Made by a program: the position numbers and the translations under genes. Shown in pieces: positions 46,637-58,280 of a DNA stretch of 63,866 nt (position 1 is the stretch's first letter; every line of letters begins with the position of its first letter). The stretch comes from Macrostomum lignano (lineage: Eukaryota), in NCBI GenBank assembly GCA_002269645.1, contig NIVC01003236.1, forward strand, positions 1 to 63,866. The letters are read 5' to 3'. Below the pieces are notes generated by a model. The model had not been told where the DNA came from. It saw only the letters and a list, made by a program, of their open reading frames with translations, and ran no database searches.

Positions 46637-49297
46637 ATGGCATTCTCTGGCTGTGCGCCTACCAAAATGCCGGGGCCTCCGAACGACATGCTGACGGAGC
46701 TGCAGAACCGGCAGCGGGCCTACATTCAAAGCACTTGTGAGCCGCCATCGCCAACCCACGAGCCCGAACGTGACGTTGTTGAAGACTGCAGCAACGGTTC
46801 TAGACAATGGCGGAATGCTAAAACGATGGTGACTGGTGAAGGTCAGTGTGAGTTGCCGATGCTCTGGTGGTTACACATGTAACATATGTACAGTATTCTT
46901 CGGTATCGACAAAAGGCAATTGCGGCTGTCAGCATGCTGGCGTATGTCACTTTACATGACAATAATTAAAGACTAGAACCCTACAGCAATCCGACATATC
47001 GACGTGACTAGCAAATTATTACTGTTACACTACAGCGACGTTCACCCGACGTCTACAATTACGATGACAAGGGTGTTCACAAACATCCTGGATGCCACTG
47101 CTGAACCAGGAACTTCTCTTCCCGCGCTGGTCGCCAGCACTTTAGCCTCTCTCTCTGCTCGTTCTCCTTTGCCGACTCGCCCGCCAGCACATCCGGCCTC
47201 CTCATTGCCTTCAATACCACAACGGCTGGGAATCCACTTCAGGATGAATTGGTGAACAGTTTGGACCAGCTTCTTACTAAGCTCTTTACGGATTTTGCTA
47301 CCTAATGGATTTCTACCTCTGCCGCTGATCATATGCAGCCCGCTCTTGTTATCCATGTAAATTAGCGCCTTCTTCCAGGCGTGTTAGAGTCTCCAACCAT
47401 CTGACCGCCTGAGAAGTGCGGAACGCAAAGTTCCGCATGAGAAGAAGACGCGAGTCTTCCGCCCGCCACTTTCCGCAGCTCGATCGGCCCTCTGCTGCTC
47501 TTGGATCTGCCCACCACGCCACCTCCCCTACTGCCCGCCTTGTCCACAGAAGCAACCATCTGTGAGGATGGTCAAGTGCACGGGTACTAGACTTATTTCT
47601 ATACTAGTGGTTCTTTGACAAAAAATATCATCACACGTAACTCTGAAATATCACCTAAAGATGCATCACTTGGAATTTAAGGAGTCTGAATTGGTGGATA
47701 TGACTAATGGACTCCAAAAAACAGAACGTCGGTTTTGAAAAAAGAGCCCTAACTCAACAATTGAATCGAAGTTTAAGCTCAAGGTTGTATTTATTTAATT
47801 TTTCGTACATAATACGATTCAAACACAATTCCAGCTCACCACAGCAGTACGTGCCGTATTTTGCTGAGCCAAATCTCAGCCCTGGGAGCTGTGGGTCTGA
47901 TGATCAGCCTGACCGGCCTCATCACCGTCTGCGTGGGATTCGCCTTGAGCAGATCCGCCATCGGCGAGTTCGTGCGACAGCATCAGGACCGACATGATGT
48001 CACGTTCGACATGATGTGAGGCTGCAATGCGGTCTGTTAAATAACATAAGCAGTGTTTTGACTTCTTGGTCAGCTGAAGCAGGACCATTTTTGCAGGAAA
48101 TTTTTAGGATTAGATTTTGAATAGCTCGCCTTCTGAATTGCCGAATTCTCGGAATCTGGCCTCTTTCAGATACTTTTTAAACAGCTAGGAAGGCAAGTAA
48201 ACCTGATAAGTAATCTCTTTTACCTACGCCAGGTTTCCCAATGTGACCAACAGTATCATAGGTATCGTTGTTGGAAGCTTCACGTACTCGGCGATCCACT
48301 TTCTAGTTAATTGCGTCACATCTACTGGCTTCGGCTTCGACTGCCGAAAGCGAACACTCGTGGCTATTGTGAGTAGCTATTTTTGTTAAACAGCATCTCT
48401 TTAACACGTCTCAATGGCAAAGCCATTTAGCACGTCTTCCTGTCAAGGAATTTTTTTCGCACATTCACTTTCTGGAGCAACTGTGGCACAAAAGCGTTCT
48501 TCGTCTTTCCAAGTGCGCTCAGAAAACCGATGTCAGTGATGTCGGGTAAGAAATTTCGCACGGGAAGGTTCCTAAACGTTGAGTACTGTCCAAAGTGTAG
48601 CTGAACTGCTCTGACCACTTCCAACAGGGGTCGGCACACTCCGACCCGCGGACCACACATGCGGCCCGCGAAGCCTCTATCCGACCTTCGGGTCCGAGAA
48701 ACTTCACGGGTAGTGTCACTGTTAACTCTCTTTTTTATTCTATTCCCTCTCCTCTCTTTCTTCCTCTCCCTTCTCTCTCCCCTTCTCTCCACCCTCTTCT
48801 TCCACCTGCTCTATACCCTAATTCTTCCTTCTGTGCCTTTGTTTCCTCTATTCCCTCTCTTCTCTCTGGCCGGCAGTCATGCGCTAGATTATATACTTGT
48901 CCCTAAAGTCAAAACAGTTTGTCGACACCTGACTTAGAGCTTTTTTAATACTCGTAATTTCTGCTTATCTACATCATTACTTGAACTTCTTATGACTTGT
49001 CAAACCAAAACAAATCATTTTCGGCTCTTACAAAAGCAAATAGTAATCCTGACGTCGATAGAAGTCGCCGACGTACGTTGGATTGTTGCACAAGTAAGCA
49101 GTAAAACAGATTGCTAACAAGTCTGATCTCCTGACCCTCAACCGCAGTGGCTGACTCTGGACATATTCGTCACAGCTGGCTGGTGTCTGCTATCCTGCCT
49201 GTCCTTCGTGCCCCTGTTCGCTCACCTGGCCTACTCCAGTCGATTAAAACGAGGCGTACATGACTTGGACCTGAATCATTACATCACCGCGTTGGTG
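46637..49297 (+). CDS. Partial multi-exon multi-pass membrane protein, tetraspanin (peripherin/ROM1)-like; 3' end not found
   Basis: Exons 47835-48015, 48233-48368 and 49148-49297 join in frame (phases 2,0) with GT-AG sites and give three hydrophobic helices (LGAVGLMISLTGLITVCVGFAL; NSIIGIVVGSFTYSAIHFLV; TLVAIWLTLDIFVTAGWCLLSCLSFVPLF). A candidate first exon 46637-46841 (AAG|GTCAGT, phase 1) fits. The family call is weak because no CCG exon was found. Confidence 0.5.
47090..47580 (-). pseudogene. Degenerate RNase H fragment of a non-LTR retrotransposon
   Basis: Across frameshifts it reads LTILTDG..SVDKAGSRGGG..AGGRLASSSHAEL ... ILKWIPSRCGIEGNEEA, matching the RNase H motifs TDGS, AEL and WIPSHxGIxGNExAD. 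Confidence 0.75.
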
Positions 49298-50537
49298 GTA
49301 AATCCTAACCTAATAGTTACCATGACAACAGGAGACGAAGCATCCGCCTTGAAGCCGGCTGTGAGGAAACAACGATTTCAACTTAAAAACCTTATAATAA
49401 AAAACCGAATTACATCATATATAAAAGTACGAGAAATCCTTTTTAGTCGTTCTCTACATTTTATCCAATATTAACGCTGTACATTGGAAACTGCGTTGTG
49501 ACAGCTAGTCTGGTAAACTCCATTAATTTATTGGATTTGACTTGTTATACAACAGCTTATAGTAGTCCCTTAGCTTCACCGGTTAGCCAGTAGCTTCGCT
49601 TAATAGTAGCAAGTAGAGTGTAGTTTCATTAAATTTTAATTCAGTTTTAGCTAAAATAACGAACAAACAATTTTCGCTGCAGGTACTTCAAGCGAGTTGC
49701 CTTGCTGTAAATCTGGTTACAAACCAAATACTTCGTGGTAATCGGCAAGAAAAATCATCCAATAATCGACGAGATATACAAAGTCAGCCTGCTGTCACTG
49801 ATCAATCGAGGCAAGTCGTTGCTATGAATACTACAGGCTGCATCTTGCCAAACTAAATTTGATCGATAATAAATACTTGAAACAAATACTTGAATTTACT
49901 TCAAACGTATCCCTCCAAAGTATCTTTTTATCACACTTTGTTAATCACAATTTAATAGTGATTAGGTGAATAAGATAAACAGCCTACTTGAGTCAACAAA
50001 TATACTCTGAAGTTGTTAAGCCGTTTATATACGAGAAGTAACATATTTCAAGGTAAAATAACATAACAGAATAAATTACAATGTCATATAGTTAATTACA
50101 CAACCGACTCTAAAATGATAGAGCCAACTCAATTAGAGATAAAAGCTCGTCGACAAATACGCACGAAACTAACAAAAGATTATTTACATTAATTAATTTC
50201 CAAGGCAAACGCACTGTCGGGAACACATCAAGTTAGCAAACCTAGTCAAACACAGGCGCAAATAATCCATCAATTTATGAGTTAGCCAATAGCACTACAT
50301 GTAAATGGGATTGCCATTCAATTATCGGGTATTTCCTATTCCCCGATAGCAAATAACGATGATTGCTGCCCATGAACACTGCTTAGTTTGGACTATATGC
50401 AATCATAAAACGCATACCGGATGCAATATTGTCAGCTTCAATACATCCATTGTAGCATTCAGAGACTACATGTACATATAACAGCATCGCAGATGCGTAT
50501 TAGTCGAATTAGAAGCATCTAAGTCGAATCTTTCGCG

Positions 50538-51866
50538 ATGGCTGTCGAAAGCATGAAGCTACTTGCAATATTGCTTCTGTTCTGTTCGATCCTCGCAACG
50601 GAATGCATCGCCAAGCGGAGAGACTATCAAGCCGAGCTGTTCAAATACTTGAAGAACAACATTACTGACTACAGTCCGAAACTGCGACCTACGCTCGACC
50701 CAGACCAGGAGGTGGAAGTACACGTCATCGCCTCGCCAAGAATGATTGTATCCGTGGACAGCGCCAAGCAGAGCATGACAATAGCTGGCATGTTTTTTGC
50801 CAGCTGGTACGAGGAGCGACTGGTCTGGGACCCCCAGCTGTTCGGAAATGTCACAATGATGGACTGGGACAGCAACCAGCTCTGGCTCCCGGTCATAATC
50901 GTCTACAACGGCATGGGAGACAATCAACTACTCAGTCCTCAGTTTCCGCCGTACATCACTTCCGTGCAGTCCAATTTGTCTGTGGTATCGACAACCTGGA
51001 GACAGGAGTGGGAGTTCTCTTGCGAGTTTCATATGACCCGCTTCCCTCTGGACCGTCACATCTGCGACATGGAGCTGTTCATGAATGCCCGCGCATTGGA
51101 CAAAATCGTCCCGAGAAAAGGCTTATTATTGGCAAACTCATCGTTTGAATACAACGAAGGCGCGGCTTTTGCTCGTAACAGCGAATGGCGGGTGCTGAAC
51201 CTCAGCACATTCATACGGTACAACGACTTCAAAATGTTCGAAAATCTGCCGCCAGTGAAAATGCCGACCTTTGTGATGCGACTGGAGATCGAGCGAGTGT
51301 CCACTTACTACATGCTCAACGTGGTGGCTCCCCTAATGCTGCTCACGCTGCTCCAGGTGCTCGTCTTCTTCGTGCCAGTCGAGTCTGGAGAGAAGCTGGG
51401 CTTCGGCATCACCATCACGCTGAGCTACACGGTGTTCCTGCTGCTGCTGGACGGCCTGCTGCCCAAGTCGCAGTCGATGCCGGCCGTGGCGTCGTTCATC
51501 ACGGCGGCCATGGTGCTGTCGACGTCGTCTCTGCTGCTGACGTCGGTGGCGATTCGGTTCCACTTCGCTGCGGAGTCTCAGCCGATGCCGTCGTGTCTCC
51601 GGGTCGTGTTCGTGAGCTGCCTGGGCCGCGTGATGCTGTGCGGTGAGAGGCGAGGCGGCAGCAGGACGGCACCGGAGGGAGACCTCGATGATTCTGCTGT
51701 GAACAAACCGAGCCGTGACGATGTTAGGAACGGAGATACGTCCGGAGAGCCGAGGCGCTCGGAGTGGCAGGTTGCAGAGGTCGCCGTGGAGCGGCTGCTG
51801 ATCCTCCTAGGCTGTCCGGTCACTTTGGCCATCACGTTTTGTTTCCTTATTTTTCCGTTTCTTTGA
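50538..51866 (+). CDS. Intronless Cys-loop ligand-gated ion channel subunit A (divergent, non-alpha nAChR-like), 442 aa
   Basis: Signal peptide, LRP motif, WxPxI, Cys loop CEFHMTRFPLDRHIC (C-x13-C), four TM helices, and M2 ESGEKLGFGITITLSYTVFLLLL of cation type. No vicinal CC in loop C. Confidence 0.93.
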   Translation: MAVESMKLLAILLLFCSILATECIAKRRDYQAELFKYLKNNITDYSPKLRPTLDPDQEVEVHVIASPRMIVSVDSAKQSMTIAGMFFASWYEERLVWDPQLFGNVTMMDWDSNQLWLPVIIVYNGMGDNQLLSPQFPPYITSVQSNLSVVSTTWRQEWEFSCEFHMTRFPLDRHICDMELFMNARALDKIVPRKGLLLANSSFEYNEGAAFARNSEWRVLNLSTFIRYNDFKMFENLPPVKMPTFVMRLEIERVSTYYMLNVVAPLMLLTLLQVLVFFVPVESGEKLGFGITITLSYTVFLLLLDGLLPKSQSMPAVASFITAAMVLSTSSLLLTSVAIRFHFAAESQPMPSCLRVVFVSCLGRVMLCGERRGGSRTAPEGDLDDSAVNKPSRDDVRNGDTSGEPRRSEWQVAEVAVERLLILLGCPVTLAITFCFLIFPFL

Positions 51867-52334
51867 AAAAACATTCGGTGGCACCTTCACGGAGATGGGT
51901 TTTCTGATGGGTTAAAAATTCTCGTGTCTGACGAGAGTTTCGATATCTAAGCACCAAATTAACTTTGAAGATGATACGAAAACATTTTAATAGTATAATA
52001 AAGTCGGTTACTAATATATAGTTGCACTGAGTGAGGTGAAGAGTAAGTATCACGCTTCGACGTCACTAGTAAATTTTTTGGCGAACTGAATGTATACATG
52101 TATACGGACACTGTACTAAAAAATTATGATTGCTCTTTTCTAGGCCAAGTTTTCATATGGTAAGACCCTCTTGGCACAGCGCAAAAAGCTTAAAAAGATC
52201 AGAATAAACAACTTTTCTATGCATTGCCGCTATCCAATAAGATTCTTTTAAGTTTTCGATTAAAGCTTGTCAAAAAACGCATGCTTGCTTCAGGTGTTAT
52301 TTATAATATAAAGTAGTACAATCATATAATGATA

Positions 52335-52615
52335 GATAAAACCTGCCCTAATGGGCAGATTTGCAACCGACAGCTCAGCCGCAGCTATTGCGTGTCGCAT
52401 CTGAAGGCTGCGTACGGCTGTTCAGTCCGAGGACTGGGGGGGGGGGTTCATACACACCCTCAATTACCCCCAGCTAATGCTGGCACCCATTTTACAGCTG
52501 GGTGAACTGAAGCGTGTCAGTGTCTTGCTCGAGGACACAAATTGTTCCAAGAGGGTCGAGAATCGAACCCCAGACCTTTCAGTCGTGAGTCCGACGCTCT
52601 GACCACTAGGCTAGA
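52335..52615 (-). mobile_element. tRNA-derived SINE
   Basis: On the minus strand: A box TAGCCTAGTGG (52613-52603) and B box GGTTCGATTC (52569-52560), followed by GTGTCCTCGAGCAAGACACT...CACCCAGCTGTAAATGGGT, which resembles conserved SINE central domains. It does not form a complete tRNA. Confidence 0.8.
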
Positions 52616-53521
52616 TTTAACTACATCCAATAATAAGACAGTTCAGATGACGCAAGTGCAGGAAGGTTCCGTGGGAATCGGCCAGAATTGCAAGTCTGAA
52701 AACGGCGCAGTATTATTTGATGCAAACATTTTGAAGGGACTGCGTGCGGAAAACTTATTATAAATCACGCATGGGTTTCATCATATATTCTTTACCTTTT
52801 CATCCATATACATGTGAAAAATACTTGCTTGCTGTTATTTATTTTAAGTTACGCGTCCTAAAGCGCGTCTGCTGCCCCTTGAGGATCAAGGGAAAGACTG
52901 AGCACTACCGTGACTTATTGATATGTAATGTTTAAGGGTCTTTGACCTTAACTATGTATATAAGCTAGGACACAATGGATCAATGGTACAAGCTAAAATT
53001 AAATTGGGCATTAGTTATTATTATACGCTATCGTATCTCAGATGAATCACATGTAAGTTCTTAGTTTGCGGCCGATTAGAAACTTATAGCTGCATTTAGT
53101 CATTCTACATTAGATGTCCACACGCTCCTCGAGCGAGCTTTATCCAGAGGCAAATATCAGCAGAGGAGCTGCGTAGAATCCGCAAATATCAGTCATACCT
53201 GGCAAAGTCAATTTAGAAAATGAATCGCAAATAATACTAATTTTCTGATGAGACGAAAGTCACACAATGAGATATACCTGGTTCAGTCCTGCATCAGATT
53301 AATTACGGGATACTCAGTGACTGCAATTCACAGATGCTCGTAGCAACTAAATAGGCAGACTATGCAAACTTCAGAATTTGATAGCCTACTGCAGTGTCAA
53401 CATGTAAAACGCATTTACGCTTGTATAGCTCAAAGGCTCGGGTTCAATAGGATCTGGGGATTTTATTGTCCAAGCTTAGCACGCTGCTCATCATTGAGAC
53501 GGCTAACTCAACTACATCCAC

Positions 53522-54820
53522 GTGCCACAGTTCAGCCTTACCCGCTTCTGTTTGGTCTTCAGCGCCATCGCTAGTGTTCAGGTGGCTCAGGCTAGAGACT
53601 TTGAAGCGGAATTGCTCGATTACTTGAAGACTAACAACTCTCGGTATAGCCGTACGCTCAGGCCGAAACTAGATCCACATCAGGAGGAGCTCGGTGCTTG
53701 TCTGCTGAAAATTCTGGACGTAGACAGCGCCAAGCAGAGCGTCACCATAGCCGCAACTGTCTACGCGATGTGGTTTGATGAACGCCTCGTCTGGGACCCG
53801 ACCCAGTTTGGGAACATCACAATATTGGAATGGGACAACCAGAAAATCTGGTTTCCTCCAATCGTTATTCTGAATGGTCTCGGCGACAATCAGCTGCTGA
53901 AGCCGGAGTTTCCATCATTTTTGGCCTCGATGTCATCGAACAAGACATTGGTGTCGACTATTTGGCGACCAGATTTCGAGTTCACCTGCCAATTAAGCAT
54001 GTACCGATTTCCAATGGATCGACACGTATGCAGTTTTAGTTTGTATATGGAGGACCAGGCTCAGCTATACAAAAGTATAGTTCCAAGCAAGAAATTTTTG
54101 TGGAATGCGGAGAATGAGCAAGATGTGGAGTTAAATGAACTCGGTGCGCATAAAAACAGCAGCGAGTGGCGACTGCTAAGTTTGAGTACTTCGGTAGAAT
54201 ATGGACTTGTCAACTTTTTTAAGAATTCACCACTGATGCTAATACCAGCCTACAATATGCAAATGGAAATCGAGCGAGTGTCCACTTACTACATGCTCAA
54301 CGTGGTGACTCCACTACTGCTGCTCACGCTGCTCCAAGTGCTTGTCTTCTTCGTGCCAGTCGAGTCTGGAGAGAAGCTGGGCTTCGGCATCACCATCATG
54401 CTGAGCTACACGGTGTTCCTGCTGCTGCTGGACGGCCTGCTGCCCAAGTCGCAGTCGATGCCGGCCGTGGCGTCGTTCATCACGGCGGCCATGGTGCTGT
54501 CGACGTCTTCTCTGCTGCTGACGTCGGTGTCGATTCGGTTCCACTTTGCTGCGGAGTCTCAGCCGATGCCGTCGTGTCTCCGGGTCGTGTTCGTGAGCTG
54601 CCTGGGCCGCGTAATGCTGTGCGGTGAGCGGCGAGGCGGCAGCAGGACGGCGCCGGAGGGAGACGCCGATGACTCCGTGGTGAGCAAGGCGAGCGACGTC
54701 GGTGAAAGGCGCTCGGAGTGGCAGGTCGCAGCGGTCGCCGTGGAGCGGCTGATGATTTTCTTGGGCTGTCCTGCCGCAGTGGCCATTGTGGTTGCATTTG
54801 TCATTGTTCCATCCTGTTAA
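53522..54820 (+). CDS. Cys-loop ligand-gated ion channel subunit B (paralog of 50538), about 430 aa, with no in-frame ATG before the signal peptide
   Basis: Cys loop CQLSMYRFPMDRHVC, the same M1-M3 as subunit A, and a signal peptide FSLTRFCLVFSAIASVQVAQA. The frame opens after TAA at 53504. A 3' splice site (CTAAC...CACAG) ends at 53530. Confidence 0.88.
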   Translation: MPQFSLTRFCLVFSAIASVQVAQARDFEAELLDYLKTNNSRYSRTLRPKLDPHQEELGACLLKILDVDSAKQSVTIAATVYAMWFDERLVWDPTQFGNITILEWDNQKIWFPPIVILNGLGDNQLLKPEFPSFLASMSSNKTLVSTIWRPDFEFTCQLSMYRFPMDRHVCSFSLYMEDQAQLYKSIVPSKKFLWNAENEQDVELNELGAHKNSSEWRLLSLSTSVEYGLVNFFKNSPLMLIPAYNMQMEIERVSTYYMLNVVTPLLLLTLLQVLVFFVPVESGEKLGFGITIMLSYTVFLLLLDGLLPKSQSMPAVASFITAAMVLSTSSLLLTSVSIRFHFAAESQPMPSCLRVVFVSCLGRVMLCGERRGGSRTAPEGDADDSVVSKASDVGERRSEWQVAAVAVERLMIFLGCPAAVAIVVAFVIVPSC

Positions 54821-55369
54821 TTTTACTCGGCTAGACAAAAAATCGAAGCACAGTGATAGAGCGCTCTGTAGTAATATGAACTTATTAAACGTAATTTAAA
54901 AAAGCAGTCTCTTTTGTCTAATAGTTATTCTCTTTTACGTTCTCTAAGAAATGCCTCGCTGCTGAAGCCTTGGGGTCCAAAATTAAAGGTCACATTTGCT
55001 TAAACTATTTACACTAATGGGCAATGCTTAAAATACAAAATCCAACTTTAAAATCGAAGTGGTGTCAATCGTTCTAAATACACAAATTTTATTCTTTTTG
55101 TGAATCTTTGTGGACTAATTTCTTTCTTAACCTTTTCTGCAACAAAGGGCATGATACTCCAAAACTGAGTCTATTTTGTACCTTATGTATGGAAAAGCTT
55201 TCACACAGAACTTACGGATTCAGAACGGTGAGTTGTATACAACTGTCACAACTTGAGACATCGCAAAATCTGAAGCGATCGCTGAGTTGACTTCTGCAAC
55301 TTTAACTTTTCGACTGCACCTTCGACTGCACCCGCATACTGCCGTCCAGGGCCATGAAAGGCACAGAGT

Positions 55370-55745
55370 GAGGACCAAGGGTTTATTAGGCTGAGGACCA
55401 TGTGTTCATTGGGCTGAAGACCATGGGTTCATTGGGCTGAGGACCACGTGTTCATTGGGCTGAAGACCAAGGGTTCATAGGGCTGAAGACTATGGGTTCA
55501 TTGGGCTGAAGACCATGGGTACATTGGGCTGAGGACCACGTGTTCATTGGGCTGAGGACCATGGGTACATTGGGCTGAGGACCACGTGTTCATTGGGCTG
55601 AGGACCATGGGTACATTGGGCTGAGGACCACGTGTTCATTGGGCTGAGGACCATGGGTACATTGGGCTGAGGACCACGTGTTCATTGGGCTGAAGACCAA
55701 GGGTTCACTGGTTTGAGGACCATGACTTCATGAGAACTGAGGACC
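55370..55745. repeat. 23-bp minisatellite (CATTGGGCTGAGGACCATGGGTA)
   Basis: Direct reading, with two alternating variants. Confidence 0.93.
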
Positions 55746-56512
55746 AATAATGTGGTAGCGTGTGGCGTGTGTCTGGGGTGTTTGCATGGTGCTAGTTTGG
55801 TTTGGGTGTGTTATCGAATTATCGATTGTTCGTCCGAAGCTTCTAACGTTTTCGGCTTTGATAAATCTAAAGACAAAATATGTCAATAAATAAACTTTAT
55901 CTGACATTTTCCAATATGCGAAATTTCCTCCACTCAATTGGCAGTGAAATTTGATAGCGAAGCTGCTATTCTAGTATGATGCTTCGAATTTGGACGAAGC
56001 AATTGCTTCTCTTTCGACACCTAGATTTCGCCTCGAATAGTAAATTAATTTCACAAAAATATCAAAGCAGTCACGAACCTATAGAGTAAACACCTGAGCC
56101 ATTTTTACACAGACATGTATAGATGCATGGACACCTGAGGTATAGGCCGGTGGGATATTTTCGAATCTCTTTTAGGGTTATTATTGTCATCTGGATCGGT
56201 ATCTGCCAGTCAAGGTCAACTGATTATAGGCTTTTAGCCTGTTAGTCAGTTCTGCAAAGCCTGTTAGACAGTCTGTAGAGATCTCTAAAACATAGTATAA
56301 GCAGACTACTAGAAGTGGAAAGATAAAATATTTAAAAGACAAATTTTACATGCTTGGGTTCATACTCAATTTTTAATAGTAATCACGAAAACAGTAAATG
56401 TCTATTCCACTATGCGAAAAACCGGTTCTCAACATCTAATTTTAGAACTTCCAAATATGGTAAATGTTGACCTGAATGCTCTTTGCCGCCTCTCCTTTGA
56501 TATCAATTACCG

Positions 56513-58280
56513 GAGGAGGGGCACAGAGGAAGGCATTCATGCCTTCAAAAGGAGTACAGGGTGGAGCGCCCATAGTCATGCGTCAGGCTCTGCCCTGGAT
56601 TTTGTAGAGATTACCGAAATTCCAAAATTGCCGAAAGTGGGCTAGATGACCGCTAGCCCACACGAGGCTGGCGTAACAGATTGAGGTGCGCATAATGGCA
56701 GTGTAAATCCACCACAGTTTTCTGGGGGTGAGCCCTAGGTGGTTCCTACGGCGCGCCTGATCTGAGCCAGGACAGCCAGGGCTTTTTTGGCTTTGGTTTG
56801 GATGTGCGGAGTCCAGTTAAGCCTGTGGTCCAGAGTGAGGCCCAGGCCGCGGACGTGCTTCTCCATGGAAATATCCTTTCCATAGAGGGCGAGGGGCTTA
56901 ATGGTCCAGAGCAGTTTGTTGGTAAACATGACCGCTGTGGTTTTCGACTCTGAGAGTCTAAGGCCACATTGGTTTGCCCAACGCTCCGCTCGTCCCAGAA
57001 AGCCCTGCAGAAGATCTCTGAGGTATCAAACGAGGGACCCTCGCATATGGTGGTCACATTATAGGCATAGCCCACCTTGAGAATGGTGTCATGGAGATCA
57101 CTGCAAAGCAACTCATCCATGCGTCCTTTCTGGACAGGCGCCGTTAGAGAGCTGCTGTTCAGGTGGACCACGACAGTGCGGTTCCGGATCATGAACATGA
57201 TCCACCGGACAAGGGGAGGGTGCGTGGCCCTGGAGTCCAGGGCTCTGCAAAAGGCCTCGAAGATGACATTGTCAAAGGCCCCCTCAATCTCCAGGAAAAG
57301 CGAGAGGGCAAAGCCGCTGCCAAGAACGGCCCTCTTCAGGAAGTCAACGATGACATGGAGGGCACTCTCAGTGGACCTGCCCGCGCGGAAGGCGTGCTGG
57401 TTCTGCGAGAGTGGGAAGCGCTTTAGCTCGATTGAAAGTAAGCGCCAAAGCACCAGTCTTTCGAGGAGCTTAAGGCAGAAGGAGGTAAGGCTGATAGGCC
57501 TGAATTCACCTATTCGTAGTCGCAATATCCAGGCTTGGGGATAAAGACCACCCGGGCCTCTCTCCATGCAACTGGTACATAGCCCAGCTCCACACAAGCT
57601 CGGAGGAGACGACAGAGCAGGTCCAGGAAGCGGTGGTTTTTCACTGCCTCGTGCAAGAACGCTTAGTAGATGCCATCGGGCCCAGGCGCCTTGAACGGGT
57701 TGAAGGACCTTGCCGCTCTAATAATGCGGTCTTTGGTGATCATAGACTTTGCTTGGCCTTGCCCTCCCACGGTGTGGTCAGGCGGGCCCTGCTGAGTCGG
57801 AGATTTAGGGAAGAAACTGTTGAGCATGAGCTCTAGAGTCTCTTCAGAGCTCTCTGTGACCGAGCCATCAGGTCTCTTATCAACAGAGAGTTTAGAAAAA
57901 CGGTCGTTCGTGAGTGCCTTTACCACGTGGGCTACGGGGCGAGAGCCCTCAAGCCCTTCGCAATATTGGCGTCACTTGGCCGCCTTGGCCCTTCTGACTT
58001 GGCCCTTAAACTCGTGGATAGCACGGGTATAGGCCTCTCTATCAGATGGGTCTTTGGTTTTGAACGCTCGTCTTTGGAGGGTCCTGGCTCGGCGCCGAAG
58101 GCTCTGGGTTTCACCAGGGAGCAGATTTCTTGCCTTTGAAGGCCTTAAGAGGGCAGGCTGCCTCATAGGCAGTGGTGATCGCCCCGTCCAGGGGGGAGGC
58201 GTGATCATCCACAACCCGGCAGTCAGAGAGGTCACTGGGGACTGCTAGATCGGAACCCAACCATTCGATGGATGGAGTTG
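56513..58280 (-). mobile_element. Degenerate non-LTR retrotransposon (R1/LOA-like LINE), RT region, dead copy
   Basis: FNPFKAPGPDGIY, FRPISLTSFCLKLLERL, QHAFRAGRSTESALH, FLEIEGAFDNV. YADD is mutated to YAYN, the PQGG segment is deleted, and there are several frameshifts and stops. Confidence 0.9.

Noticed and set aside
47707-47770. ATG 47707 as first exon of the tetraspanin-like gene
   Set aside because: It is phase-compatible, but the donor GTTTAA is poor. The 46637-46841 exon has a much better donor. It is not excluded.
48427-48792. ORFs at 48427-48792 and 48519-48719
   Set aside because: They lie inside an intron of the tetraspanin-like gene and have no recognisable domain. They are likely an interspersed repeat that I cannot classify from this window.
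52540-52615. Intact tRNA gene
   Set aside because: A and B boxes are present, but the 5' acceptor stem is missing and the sequence continues into SINE body motifs.
51185-54838. Overlapping alternative-frame and antisense ORFs over the receptor TM regions
   Set aside because: They are by-products of GC-rich codon usage, and their near identity between copies just reflects the shared 396-bp tract.
55350-55367. 18-nt micro-exon (CAG|...|GTGAGG) before the 23-bp array, possibly continuing the tetraspanin-like gene
   Set aside because: It is too short to support, the encoded peptide is uninformative, and no downstream partner exon was found.
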